Shown one piece after another: positions 36,170-46,379 of a stretch of 64,000 nt of DNA. The translations under genes and the position numbers were made by a program. Source of the DNA: Candidatus Multivoradales bacterium (GTDB taxonomy: Bacteria > Acidobacteriota > Thermoanaerobaculia > Multivoradales > JAHEKO01); NCBI GenBank assembly GCA_965223155.1, contig CBDCVR010000014.1, positions 352,001 through 416,000 of the forward strand. Direction: 5' to 3'. Each line of letters begins with the position of its first letter. The first letter of the stretch is position 1. The notes under the pieces are model-generated. The model searched no databases, had not been told where the DNA came from, and worked only from the letters and a program-made list of their open reading frames with translations.

Positions 36170-39100
36170 TCAATTCGCCAACGGGTCGGTGCACCCTGAG
36201 TACACCGAGTCGAACGCCTGGAGGAACTCGGGGCCCCCACCGATGCCCCGCCAAAATCGCTCCCAGGTGGCATACGCGTGTGGCATGACCTGAGGGCTGT
36301 CGCACACCACCGAATCGGCGAATGCGTGCGAGAAGTTGGCGTCGTTCCACGCCAGGCTGCTGGCCTGCGAGATATGGCAGGTCCGGCACGACTTGGCGAT
36401 GATGTTCTTGTAGTAGAGCTCGTTGTCGGCCTGGGTGTGGGAACTTGTGGCCTGTTCCCAGCCGGGCACGACGAAGCCGACCGCTTGATTCCCGGGGAAT
36501 CCGGCGTCGGGATTGGCCGCTAGCGCCGGGTACATCTCTTCGATGGTCTCGGTGGTGGCGCTGTTGGCCGTGGTGATTGAGGTCCGGAGCACGATCTTGT
36601 TGAGCTCGAAGAAGTTCGGCTCCTGCCCGGCGCGGTCGAGCCCCAGGCTCTGGACCGTGCGCGGCACGACCTCATTGATGTCGGCGAAATCGATCGCGTT
36701 GTCGTTGTTGGCGTCGACGTAGGTGATGATCGCGCCGTCATCAACGAAGGTGAAGCTCTCGAGATCGAATGGAATGAAGCGCGCCCCCGGCGTGCCCAGG
36801 CGCGCGTCGGCGAAGCGCTGGACCGTGCCCGAAGTCAGGTCGGTCGGAATCTCGAAGGCGTACTTCTGGAGGTTCGCGGGCACCGGATCCGGGAGCTGGG
36901 CCACGCTGCCGCCGTGGCAGACGGTGCAGAGCTGCGGCACGGCGCGCTCACCGAAGCCATCCAGGTTGACGCCGGTGTTGACGACCAGGTTGCCGGCTCC
37001 GTCGTAGACGTAGAACTTGACGAGCCGATCGCCCGAGGACGTGCAGCCGGCCGCCGGATTGGCCGGATCCACGAGTTCGTCGAAGGGCGTGTACTCCATC
37101 GCCACGGTCGCGATGACGCCAGGATCGGGCACGCCCGAGAGCCCCGGATCGGCCTTCAGCAGGGCGTGGATCTCGAGACCGGTCGCGGCCCGCAAGAAGT
37201 CGTCGTTGTCGGGCGTCGGGCTGTTGGAACCGCCATTGTTGTAGCCACCCTGGCCGTAGTTGCTGACGTAGCAGGCGACGTCGCAAGCCACGTCCCCGGC
37301 TAGACCGCCGTCGCAGTTGGACTTGCGGCAGTACATCTCCCGGCCGAAGCCCAGGTCCACGGTGTTGGCGTAGACAGCGCGGACGACGCCCCCCGAGGCA
37401 AAGCCGTTGGCGTTGCGAAACTCGGTCAGAGTGGCGCGCTCGTCGCAGGGATCGATGGTCTCGTAGTAGGCGGCCTGCGACTGCTGGAAGCTGCTCTTGA
37501 TGGTCTGGTCGGCCTCGTAGGGAACGTCGGTGCTGCCGACCGAGCTGGCGCCGAAGAGCCCCGGCCAGGCGCTCAGGAACGCGTTGTCGTCGGCTCGGTC
37601 GGGCATGTCGATCACCTTGGGCTGGACGGCCTGGCCGCAGGCCGGATAGCCCTGGGCCTCCTGGGCCTCGAGGGCGGCGTTCGAGATGCCGTAGGGCGCG
37701 CCGGTGTTGGCCTCGTAGGTGCCGACCAGCAGACCCGGATCGAGCGTGTTGCCGCCGAGCTCGGTAATCGAGTTGTCGTAGATACGAATCTCGACCTGCT
37801 CGTTGGGCGGCAGATTGTAGAGGGCGTGAAGCGTGGACGGGGAGTTCTGGATCGTCGAGGGGATCGGCGTCAGCACCTCGCTACTCGAGAGCACCGTCAT
37901 CTCCAGGGTGAAGACGTCGGGCATCTCCGAGGCGTCGATGGCGATGCACGCGGGATCGGACTTGTACTCGTCCATGTTGACCGCGCTGAAGTGACTGACC
38001 TTGGCCTGGTACTGGTTCCCGACCAGGTCGGCCATGAGCTGCTGCCCGCCCGCGGTCTGGTAACCGCGCCACAGGCCGCTCGACGGCTCGTAGCTCAGCA
38101 CCGGGATCTTGGTCTGCGGCTGGAAGGCCGGTCCCTGGCGGTCCGGAGGAATCGGAATCTCGATGGTCGCCGCCGAGCCGGCACTGAGCTGCGCCGGCTT
38201 GCCGCCCGAGGAGAGCTCCACGTAGCCGGCGCCGAAGCTCTGCATGAATCTCTCGGCGCCGGTCACGGTCGCGGCGGTGTAATCGCCGGGCATGGCGTCC
38301 GGCGCTCCCAGATCGACGGTACCGATCGCGATCTGAATCGTCGCGTTGGGACCGAGCGCCGAGCCGTCGGCCAGAACCACCCCCATCGGCGGGATCTCGA
38401 CGGTGATACCGGGGCCACAGTCCTTGGGATAGCGCTTCGAAGGCACGTGGCTTCGCGTCGGGTCCTCGGTCTGGCGCGGCCGGATCACCCGGCCCTGGCG
38501 ATCGAAGCCCACTCGGGTCGCCCGCAGTGCCGTCCGTTTGGCACCCAGGATCTCGGTCATGGCGCGCCAGTCGATTCTCGCGCTGGGCGGGCCCAGGCAG
38601 TCCTCGGGCCGGCGCTCGTGGGTGATCCTGATGCCATCCTCGTGCGGGAAGGTCGCGACCTGGGCCCGCGCCAGCGTCCATCGGCCGTCGGTGACGGCGT
38701 CGGTATAGACCCGCGAAACCGGCGCGTATCCTGGATGGTGAATGTTGAGCACGTAGCGGCCGCGCTCGGGGACGTTCAGCCGGAAGCGCCCTCCGGCCAG
38801 AGCGACGGTCTCTTGTCCGGCGACCGAGACGCGGGCACCGCCGAGCAAGGCGCCATCGTTCCCCCGCACCAGGCCGGAGAAGGTCACGCCGTCCCCGGTC
38901 GTCGAGACCACGACCTCGTGGCTCTTGTAGCCGCCGAACCCATCGTGGGCCAGAACGGTTACCCAGTGGCGCCCGGGCGTTGCCGGAAGCTTCCACTCGA
39001 CGGCGGGACCGGTGGCCGCGGACAGCGTGCCGCCGCCAGCCGAGACCCGCCAGTGGTAGGTAAGCGGGTGACCGTCAAGGTCGTTGGCGACGGCCTCGAG

Positions 39101-39934
39101 CTCCAGTACGTCGCCCGACGTTCCGGTCCGCACCACCTCGCCCGCCGCGTTGCGGGCGGCAAGCGGTGCCAGCGTCGGCTCGTGGTTGGCGAGAACGAGA
39201 TCGACGCGGCTCGGGAAGTGGTCTGTCGCAAGCGCTGGCGGGACCGCCACGCTGGTGCTCGTCTTCTCGATCGAGCCAACCAGAGTCGGGATCCCCAACG
39301 GAACTTTCGGTAAGAGATACCAACCGAAGTTGTCGACGAAGGCCGAGTTGCCACTCGGATCCGCGACCACGCCCAGAGCGTTGACCTCGAAGAACGGCAA
39401 GAGCGTGCGCACGGTCCCGCCGTCGGCGAAGCGGACTTTGCCGAAGAAGGCCTTGAAGCCGTCTTCCCGAGCCAGCCGGATCGGAACCTGTCCAAGATGG
39501 ACCCGTTCGCCACTGACGGTGAACGCCTTGCCGCAGCCCGGGATGAAGCCGTCCCGCTTCCAGCAGAGCTGGTAGGTGCCCGGCACCTGCGCGGGGAAGT
39601 GGAAGCGACCGCTCAAGTCCGTCCGCACGGGGTCGGAGTCAGCCTGGGTGGCCATGTTCTGCAGCCAGGCGTCAACGTCCGGCACGTGGAGCTGGACGCC
39701 GCCGGGCGCGCCCACGTCGTCGAAGCTCGGGGTCACGACCAGGTAGCCCTTGACCTCGACCGGGGTCAAGGCCAGCGGAACGAGAGCTCCGCCGGGTCCG
39801 TCGGGCGGCAGGATCTCTTTCGGTCCGCACGCTATGGCAGCCAGGACCGCCGCGGCGGCCAGCCCGACCACCAGCGGGACGCCAACGAAGTAGGAGAACC
39901 ATTGACGTGTATTTCGGGGCAATGGACGGCGCAT
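36170..39934 (-). CDS. Large lipoprotein with Ig/PKD-like domains and two c-type heme motifs
   Basis: Lipobox AAIAC; carboxypeptidase-regulatory/PKD-like segments; CTVCH and CRTCH. Confidence 0.75.
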   Translation of the reverse strand: MRRPLPRNTRQWFSYFVGVPLVVGLAAAAVLAAIACGPKEILPPDGPGGALVPLALTPVEVKGYLVVTPSFDDVGAPGGVQLHVPDVDAWLQNMATQADSDPVRTDLSGRFHFPAQVPGTYQLCWKRDGFIPGCGKAFTVSGERVHLGQVPIRLAREDGFKAFFGKVRFADGGTVRTLLPFFEVNALGVVADPSGNSAFVDNFGWYLLPKVPLGIPTLVGSIEKTSTSVAVPPALATDHFPSRVDLVLANHEPTLAPLAARNAAGEVVRTGTSGDVLELEAVANDLDGHPLTYHWRVSAGGGTLSAATGPAVEWKLPATPGRHWVTVLAHDGFGGYKSHEVVVSTTGDGVTFSGLVRGNDGALLGGARVSVAGQETVALAGGRFRLNVPERGRYVLNIHHPGYAPVSRVYTDAVTDGRWTLARAQVATFPHEDGIRITHERRPEDCLGPPSARIDWRAMTEILGAKRTALRATRVGFDRQGRVIRPRQTEDPTRSHVPSKRYPKDCGPGITVEIPPMGVVLADGSALGPNATIQIAIGTVDLGAPDAMPGDYTAATVTGAERFMQSFGAGYVELSSGGKPAQLSAGSAATIEIPIPPDRQGPAFQPQTKIPVLSYEPSSGLWRGYQTAGGQQLMADLVGNQYQAKVSHFSAVNMDEYKSDPACIAIDASEMPDVFTLEMTVLSSSEVLTPIPSTIQNSPSTLHALYNLPPNEQVEIRIYDNSITELGGNTLDPGLLVGTYEANTGAPYGISNAALEAQEAQGYPACGQAVQPKVIDMPDRADDNAFLSAWPGLFGASSVGSTDVPYEADQTIKSSFQQSQAAYYETIDPCDERATLTEFRNANGFASGGVVRAVYANTVDLGFGREMYCRKSNCDGGLAGDVACDVACYVSNYGQGGYNNGGSNSPTPDNDDFLRAATGLEIHALLKADPGLSGVPDPGVIATVAMEYTPFDELVDPANPAAGCTSSGDRLVKFYVYDGAGNLVVNTGVNLDGFGERAVPQLCTVCHGGSVAQLPDPVPANLQKYAFEIPTDLTSGTVQRFADARLGTPGARFIPFDLESFTFVDDGAIITYVDANNDNAIDFADINEVVPRTVQSLGLDRAGQEPNFFELNKIVLRTSITTANSATTETIEEMYPALAANPDAGFPGNQAVGFVVPGWEQATSSHTQADNELYYKNIIAKSCRTCHISQASSLAWNDANFSHAFADSVVCDSPQVMPHAYATWERFWRGIGGGPEFLQAFDSVYSGCTDPLAN

Positions 39935-40233
39935 GGGGTCTCCTCCGTGAGCTTGGTGGTTCGAGATTGCGGGTACCAGCGATGTCGGTTGGGCGATGTC
40001 GTCGGTCTCGGGACTCGGTTTCGTCGTTGCATCGAGGGTGGGCCTCGAGGGGCTGTCTCGACGGTGCCAGGACATCAGGTCGCCGGCCTCCGCGTCTTCA
40101 AACGCCGGTCAAAGAACTCTCAAAGCGGCGTCCGAGGCCGCGGCCGGCGCTTTGGTATCCTGCCCATGGACCAGACGGCGGGCCTGACCCGCGAGCCCGG
40201 CCGTTCCGGCCTTGCACAACCGCCCGCGAGCCC

Positions 40234-41610
40234 ATGACACTCGGCGCCCCAACCGAACGACGCCGCCGGGCCGTCGGGGTGAAAGCGCTGGCCGCGGGTC
40301 TCGCCACGATCTTGGGGCTGGGACTGGCCGAGATCGCGGTCCGGATCGTCCAACCGGCCTCGCGCCTGGTGATTCAGCCGGGCGGCCTCTACGAACCGGA
40401 TCCGCCGGGACGCTACCGGCTCCGCCCGGGCTACAGCGGGCGCATGACCCGCGCCCGGGAGTTCGATATTGATGTCCACATCAATCAACTTGGCGTGCGT
40501 GGTCCGGAGGTCGGCACCTCTCTTGGAACTTTTCCGGCTGAAGCTTCTCCGGGTACCTCGAAGGCCCAAACCCTCCAGGCGCGAGGTGTCCAGACAGAAG
40601 CCGTGCGCCTCCTGGCCTTGGGGGATTCCTTCACCTTTGGAGTCGGAGTCGAGGACTCGGAGACGTTTTCGACCCTCGCCGCGGCCGCGCTTGCAGAAAC
40701 CGGCCGGCCGGCCCTGGCGCTCAATGCCGGCATCCCGGCCTTCGGCGTGCCGGACGCGGTGGGATGGCTAGCGCGGCATGGAGTCGAGCTCGAACCCGAC
40801 CTGGTGCTGCTGTCGATCTTCCTGGGCAACGATCTGGTGGACGCGTCACCGAACCGCGAGGAGATTCTCGTCGTCGATGGCCTGTTGGCGCCCAAGGAGT
40901 CACCGCGCGGCCCCGGGGCCTGGCTGCACAGGAATTCCCATCTCTACGTGCTGGTCAAGGGCTTCAGCGAGGGTCCGCTGGTCCGGCCGCTGCGGGCGAA
41001 GCTGGGCCTGGGCGAGCCCTGGAGGGTGCGGGTCTTACGCGAAGAGCTCGCGATCTACGACCGGGAAGCGGTCTCGAAGCTGGCTCCGGCGGCGGCCGCC
41101 ACCGACGGGGCCTTGGGGCGGCTTGCGGAACTCGCAGCCGAGGGTGGATTCACCGTTCTCGTCCAGCTCATTCCGAGCGATCTCGAGGTGGATCCAGGAC
41201 GTTGGGGCCGGGTGCTCGCGGAGCTGGATCTCGACCCGAAGCGCTACGACGCGGCCGTCCCGAGACACCTGGTGACCGAGCTGCTTGCAAATCGGGGAAT
41301 CGACTGGGTGGATCCGTCCGCGGCTCTCGCCGAGGGGATCGCGGCGGGGAGAAGGCTCTACTTTCCCGAAGACCGGCACTGGACCGCCGAGGCGCATGCT
41401 CTGGCGGCGGACCTCCTGGCGCCGGCCATCGAACAGGCGCTCGCCGGACGGGTCGGCGGAGGGGTCAGCCAAGAAACCGGCCAGTCCCGGGACGCTGGCC
41501 CGGATCTGGAGCCGCTGGAGCCTGACTTGGAGCTGGACGAAGGGGTTGACGACGGGCTCGGCACAAAGCCGAATCCAGGCCAGGACCGGAGCTCCGAGAG
41601 TTCGCTGTGA
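40234..41610 (+). CDS. SGNH/GDSL hydrolase-family membrane-anchored protein
   Basis: LALGDSFTFG, LNAG, GND, DRHWTAEAH. Confidence 0.85.
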   Translation: MTLGAPTERRRRAVGVKALAAGLATILGLGLAEIAVRIVQPASRLVIQPGGLYEPDPPGRYRLRPGYSGRMTRAREFDIDVHINQLGVRGPEVGTSLGTFPAEASPGTSKAQTLQARGVQTEAVRLLALGDSFTFGVGVEDSETFSTLAAAALAETGRPALALNAGIPAFGVPDAVGWLARHGVELEPDLVLLSIFLGNDLVDASPNREEILVVDGLLAPKESPRGPGAWLHRNSHLYVLVKGFSEGPLVRPLRAKLGLGEPWRVRVLREELAIYDREAVSKLAPAAAATDGALGRLAELAAEGGFTVLVQLIPSDLEVDPGRWGRVLAELDLDPKRYDAAVPRHLVTELLANRGIDWVDPSAALAEGIAAGRRLYFPEDRHWTAEAHALAADLLAPAIEQALAGRVGGGVSQETGQSRDAGPDLEPLEPDLELDEGVDDGLGTKPNPGQDRSSESSL

Positions 41611-41646
41611 GACAATTGCCCGGCGGGATCCGACTCGCCCAACACC

Positions 41647-43389
41647 ATGCCTTCCGCTCCGACCGCGCCAGCCGAATCGTCGCTGGACCGGGCAGCCGAT
41701 CCGGAGTCGGGCACGTCCGCTAAGCCGTTGGCTCCGCCCACGGCCGCCGGCGAGTCGGCCTTCGAGGTCTACGTCGAGACCAAGCCGCCGGGAATCGTCC
41801 GGCGCCTGGCGGCGACCCATCGCCACCTGACCGGCCTTCTTTTCGGCGGCCTGGGCGCCTGGGTCCGGGACCGGCCCCGAGCCGGCAAGCGCGGCCTCAG
41901 GTACCGTGCGGCCCAGCTCGCGAGCGGCGTTGCCCGGCCCTTTCTGAGCCGGAAGTTCCGCGACCTGCCTCTTCCGCAGCAGCTACGCCGCCGGCTCGAG
42001 GCCCTGGGCCCAACCTACATCAAGCTCGGCCAGATCCTGAGCCTGCGCGAGGACATCCTGCCGCGGCCAGTGACCGACGAGCTCAAGAACCTTCTGAGCC
42101 GCCTGCCGGCGATTCCGTACCGCCGGTTCGAGGAGCTTCTGGAGGGGGAGATCGGCCGTCCGCCCTCGGAGGCGTTCGCCCACGTGGAGCCCGAGCCGGT
42201 GGGGTCGGCGTCGATCGGACAGACCCATTTCGCGCAAACGGTGGACGGCGACCGGGTCATCTTGAAGATGGTCAAGCCGGGCATCCGGCGAACCATTCAG
42301 CGCGACGTTCTGCTCCTGCGCTTCTTCGGACGGGTGCTTCAGGTGTTCCTGTCCCGGTTCCAGCCCAAGCGGGTGATCCACGAGTTCTGCGACTACACCC
42401 TGCGCGAGGTGGACCTGCGGCGCGAGGCCGACAATGCCGAGACGTTTGCCGCCAACTTTCGGGACGCCAAAGACATCGTCTTCCCAGCGATCTACCGGGA
42501 GTACACCACCCAGAACCTCTTGTGCATGGAGTTCCTGGAGGGTCCCACGCCCGACTCTGGAGCTGCCCAGAACCTGCCCCAGGAGGATCGAGACAGGCTG
42601 GTGGACCTCGGCGCCGAGGCCATCATCCGGATGCTCTACAAGGATGGCTTCTTCCACGCCGATCTCCATCCCGGCAATCTGATCCTCCTCGACGGCCCGC
42701 GCGCCGGGTTCATCGATCTGGGGATGGTCGGCCGCTTCGACGACGAGATCCGCCGCACGCTTCTCTACTACTACTACTGCCTGGTCATGGGCGATTCTCA
42801 CAACGCGGCCCGGTATCTGGCGGCACTGGCCGATCCGACGCCCGGATCGGATCCGCGCGGCTTCCGGCGCGAGGTCGAGGAGATCTCGGGCCGCTGGCAC
42901 CGCACGCCCAACTTCGAGGACTACTCGCTGGGGCAGCTCATCCTGGAGTCGGTCTCGCTGGGCGGGCGCTATCGGATGTACTTTCCGGTCGAGTTGGTGC
43001 TGATGGTCAAGGCGCTGGTGACCTTCGAGGGCGTCGGCCAGATCTTGAATCCGGGGTTCAACGTGGTCGAGGTCTCTCAGCGCCATATCAATTCGATCTT
43101 CTTGCACCAGTTCTCGCCGCTCCGCATCGCCAAGGAGAGCTTGCGTGGAGCGCCCGAGCTGGTGGACGCGCTGGTCAAAGCGCCAATGCTGGTCACCGAG
43201 GGCCTGCGGGTGCTCGAACAGGCCACGCGCCAGCCCGCGGAGAACCCCTTCACCGGCATCCGGGGCACGGTGTTCTCCGGCTTTTGTATCGTCGCCGGCG
43301 CGATCGTGGCCGCGGTCCAGGGCCCGTGGCCGCTGTGGGCCGCCCTGTTCCTGATCGGGCTGGTAATCGCGCTACGCCGTAGCGGCTAG
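41647..43389 (+). CDS. ABC1/AarF/UbiB-family kinase
   Basis: LGPTYIKLGQILS, SASIGQ, FFHADLHPGN, IDLGMVG; C-terminal TM helices. Confidence 0.92.
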   Translation: MPSAPTAPAESSLDRAADPESGTSAKPLAPPTAAGESAFEVYVETKPPGIVRRLAATHRHLTGLLFGGLGAWVRDRPRAGKRGLRYRAAQLASGVARPFLSRKFRDLPLPQQLRRRLEALGPTYIKLGQILSLREDILPRPVTDELKNLLSRLPAIPYRRFEELLEGEIGRPPSEAFAHVEPEPVGSASIGQTHFAQTVDGDRVILKMVKPGIRRTIQRDVLLLRFFGRVLQVFLSRFQPKRVIHEFCDYTLREVDLRREADNAETFAANFRDAKDIVFPAIYREYTTQNLLCMEFLEGPTPDSGAAQNLPQEDRDRLVDLGAEAIIRMLYKDGFFHADLHPGNLILLDGPRAGFIDLGMVGRFDDEIRRTLLYYYYCLVMGDSHNAARYLAALADPTPGSDPRGFRREVEEISGRWHRTPNFEDYSLGQLILESVSLGGRYRMYFPVELVLMVKALVTFEGVGQILNPGFNVVEVSQRHINSIFLHQFSPLRIAKESLRGAPELVDALVKAPMLVTEGLRVLEQATRQPAENPFTGIRGTVFSGFCIVAGAIVAAVQGPWPLWAALFLIGLVIALRRSG

Positions 43390-43534
43390 CAGCCCGGTTT
43401 TTTCTCCGGAAAACGGGCGCGAAGCCGCAAGTGCCCGACGGGGCCGGCGCATCTTGGCGAAGGGCCGAGGGCGCGGCGTAGACGCACCTCAAGCGCCAGC
43501 GCCAGGCGCTTGCGACTTCGCAACGAGACGGCGT

Positions 43535-43852
43535 TTAGTCCTTGGCCAGCTCGAAGAGGCTCTTCAGGGCCACGACCAGCACCGCCGCGCTCACGAACGC
43601 GATGACGTTGGCGATGATCTGGGTCAAGGCCCCACCGACATACGGCAAGCCACCGACCGCGTTGGCCGCAACAATGAGCGCGATCGCCGCCAGCAGGAAG
43701 CGAAAGCTCTCCTTGCCGGCGATGTTCATGAAGCCCACGACCAGACCGAGGACGGCCAGAACCCAGCCGAACCAGGACTGCGTGAAACCCAGACCGCCGA
43801 TGATGGCGATAACCAGGCCAAGTACGAAAGCCCACTTACCGAGTTGTTCCAT
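43535..43852 (-). CDS. Small four-TM membrane protein
   Basis: Hydrophobic 105-aa ORF with RBS; GLVVGFMNI..KE..FL motif. Confidence 0.8.
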   Translation of the reverse strand: MEQLGKWAFVLGLVIAIIGGLGFTQSWFGWVLAVLGLVVGFMNIAGKESFRFLLAAIALIVAANAVGGLPYVGGALTQIIANVIAFVSAAVLVVALKSLFELAKD

Positions 43853-43915
43853 AGTTCCCCCCTTGTTTGGAACAGCAGTTGACTGTGTAGGCCGAGTATA
43901 TCAGCCCGACTCGGT

Positions 43916-45196
43916 TCAACGGGGTGTGGCGAGCTGCCGTTCGAGGCGGTCGAGAGCGGAGTCGAGGTCGTCAAGGACCTCACGGGGACGGGCTTCCCGG
44001 CCCCGCTCTCGCCCCTGGTTCTTGATCGCTCGCTCGCCGGCTTGCACTCGGAGCTCGGGCAGGCCGACGCTGGTCCAGACGTCGCGTTCTTCCTCGAGAC
44101 GATCGACGCGAAAGACGATGCCGCGGCGGTCGAAGAGCTCGGTGAGCTCCTCGCGCCGATCGTAGAGTTCGCGGCGGGTCGCCCGGTAGGCATGCTCGCA
44201 AATCCAGCGTCGGGACGAGAAGCTGAAGGTGTTGCTGAAGAACATCCGGTAGTCGTCCCTCTTAGGCTCGATCAGCACCACTTGAGCACCTTCGTAGAGA
44301 TCCTCGTAGCGAGACAACCCGACCTCGAGACGCGAGTGGATGAGCGTTCGGAAGGTCTGAGATAGCACCGTGGGCAGGCCCCGGTTGATGAGCCGGCCGC
44401 GCTTCATCACGCCCTTCTCGACCGCCGTCCGGGTGTCGACCGGCACGATCGGGTTAAGGCAAATGAGGAGATTGGCACCGGCGTCAAGCGCCACGGAGCC
44501 GTGCAGGGTCTTCTTGAGGACGCCGTCAACGTAGTGGCGGCCGTCGATCTCGACCGGCGGATAGAGACCGGGCAGCGCGGTCGAAGCCTGAACGGCGCGG
44601 GAGATCGGTACGTGGTCGAAGCCGGGCTCTCCAAAGCGTACGGCCTTGCCCCTGTCGAGATCGACGGCGACAACGTAGAGCTGCTTTCCCAGGCGGCGAA
44701 AGTCGTCGGTGCGGCCCCGAATCGTGTAAATCTTTTCGAGATACTGCCGGATGGGCTCGTTGTCGAAGAGCCCGACTGGCAGTGCCCGGGCCACCCGGGT
44801 CAGGGAATCAAAGAGGCTCTTGTCGTCGGGGTGGAGCAGGTAGTCGGTGAATGCCTGCCACAGGAGTCCCGGCACCGAAGCTCCCCGGCGCAGCATCTCG
44901 TGGAAGGCCGGGCGCAGAAAGTTCTCGGCCACGAACGGATGCTCGCCGGGCTCGCTCTTGACGATAGCCCGGCACATCTGCGCCGTGGTCAGATCGTTGG
45001 CCAGGTTGGCCGTCAGGAAGGCGCCGGCGCTAACCCCGACGTAGACGTGCAGATCGGTGAAGTCCACGCCTTCCAGGACTTCGTCAATGGCTCGGAGGGC
45101 GCCGATCTCGTACACGGCGCCCTCCGGCCCCCCACCGGCGAGAGCCAGCCCGATCTTGGTGGCTGGCCCCGCCGCTCGCTTTCCCCCGCGCCTCAC
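43916..45196 (-). CDS. Patatin-like phospholipase
   Basis: LALAGGG, GVSAG nucleophile elbow, YVDGV. Confidence 0.9.
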   Translation of the reverse strand: MRRGGKRAAGPATKIGLALAGGGPEGAVYEIGALRAIDEVLEGVDFTDLHVYVGVSAGAFLTANLANDLTTAQMCRAIVKSEPGEHPFVAENFLRPAFHEMLRRGASVPGLLWQAFTDYLLHPDDKSLFDSLTRVARALPVGLFDNEPIRQYLEKIYTIRGRTDDFRRLGKQLYVVAVDLDRGKAVRFGEPGFDHVPISRAVQASTALPGLYPPVEIDGRHYVDGVLKKTLHGSVALDAGANLLICLNPIVPVDTRTAVEKGVMKRGRLINRGLPTVLSQTFRTLIHSRLEVGLSRYEDLYEGAQVVLIEPKRDDYRMFFSNTFSFSSRRWICEHAYRATRRELYDRREELTELFDRRGIVFRVDRLEEERDVWTSVGLPELRVQAGERAIKNQGRERGREARPREVLDDLDSALDRLERQLATPR

Positions 45197-45202
45197 GAAC
45201 GG

Positions 45203-45649
45203 TTAGGCGCTCTTGCGGGCTCGCGACCTGGTGGTCTTCTTGGCCGTCTTCTTGGCGGCCTTCTTGGCCGAACGGACGGGCTTGCGACCAGCCTCCTCGA
45301 CCTTCTTGGTGAGCTGCTCGACCCGGCGGGTCAGCTTCTGGATCTCCATCCGGCTGGGCACGCCCAAACGGTTGAGGGTGTCGGCCACGCGGGCGTCAAA
45401 GCCCTTGCCGAGCTTGCCGAAGGCCGACTCGGCCTTGTCCATGGCATCACCGACCTGGTCCTCGACCACTCCCTGGACCTTCTCGATCTTCTTCTTGCCA
45501 CGCTTTTCGAACGACTCGCCCTTCTTGACCAGGTTCTTGAAAAGCTTCGAGCCTTCATCTTCGGCCATGGAGAGCGCGCCGAGGCCGGCGAGCCATATCT
45601 TGTGGGCAGATTCCTTCACGTCGGACTGAACTTTCTTCTTCTTTGTCAT
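45203..45649 (-). CDS. Phasin (PhaF/PhaI-like granule-associated protein)
   Basis: SAHKIWLAGLGA...EGSKLF..LVKKGE, LNRLGVPSR.EI..L, Lys/Ala-rich tail. Confidence 0.9.
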   Translation of the reverse strand: MTKKKKVQSDVKESAHKIWLAGLGALSMAEDEGSKLFKNLVKKGESFEKRGKKKIEKVQGVVEDQVGDAMDKAESAFGKLGKGFDARVADTLNRLGVPSRMEIQKLTRRVEQLTKKVEEAGRKPVRSAKKAAKKTAKKTTRSRARKSA

Positions 45650-45707
45650 GGTTCCTTCTCCTATCGAGGATGCGTTCCGTCGCGCGGTACGCGGTTCTTG
45701 AATCGCT

Positions 45708-46263
45708 CTAGGGCTTCTTGGTACGCCGCTTCCTGGTGGAAGCCGACTTTTTCTTGGTTTTCGTCTTGGCCTTGGCCTTGGCTCGGGTCTTCCGAGGCTT
45801 GGCCTTGGTCTTCTTGGGGGCCGCGGTACTCCGGGACTGGGACTTGTCGCGATCGGCCACCTCGAGCCGCGCCAGAGAGCTTTCCAGCTCTTCGAGCCGG
45901 TCCCGTAGATGGCCCATCTCCTGGCGCGCCTGCTTGACCGGACTGATCCGGTCCATCGAGACCTCCAGAATCCGGTCGACCCCGTGCTGCACCTGCTGGA
46001 CGCCGCTATGCAGAGCCCGTTCTCCCGCGCGCAGTAATGTCGTGCAGGAACTCGGTCGAAACCGGGCTCTTGCCATTGCGCCCTTCTTCCAGAATGACCT
46101 GGGTCAGCATCTGGGCGGTCACGTCCTCTTGGCTCGAGTTGTCGATGACACGGATCTGCTGCCCTCGACGAACGAACGTGGCGATCTCGTCGAGCGAGAC
46201 GTACCGGCTCTCCTCGGTGTCGTAGAGCTTGCGGCTCTCGTAGCGCTTGATCAGGCGAACCAT
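45708..46263 (-). pseudogene. phaR: PhaR-like PHA regulator, split by a frameshift (real or sequencing error)
   Basis: MVRLIKRYESRKLYDTEESRYVSL...DVTAQMLTQVILE...FLHD continues as LLRAGERAL...coiled coil in another frame; one extra base near 46038. Confidence 0.75.
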
Positions 46264-46379
46264 GGTGCGTTTCCTTTGGGCTGGGCCTTCGTTCTTGCCG
46301 CCCTGCGGCAACTCGTTCTCACTTTATACCGCACTGCGGCATTCCGGTCAAGCCCTTTTTGCCGCGACGCGGCAAAGAT

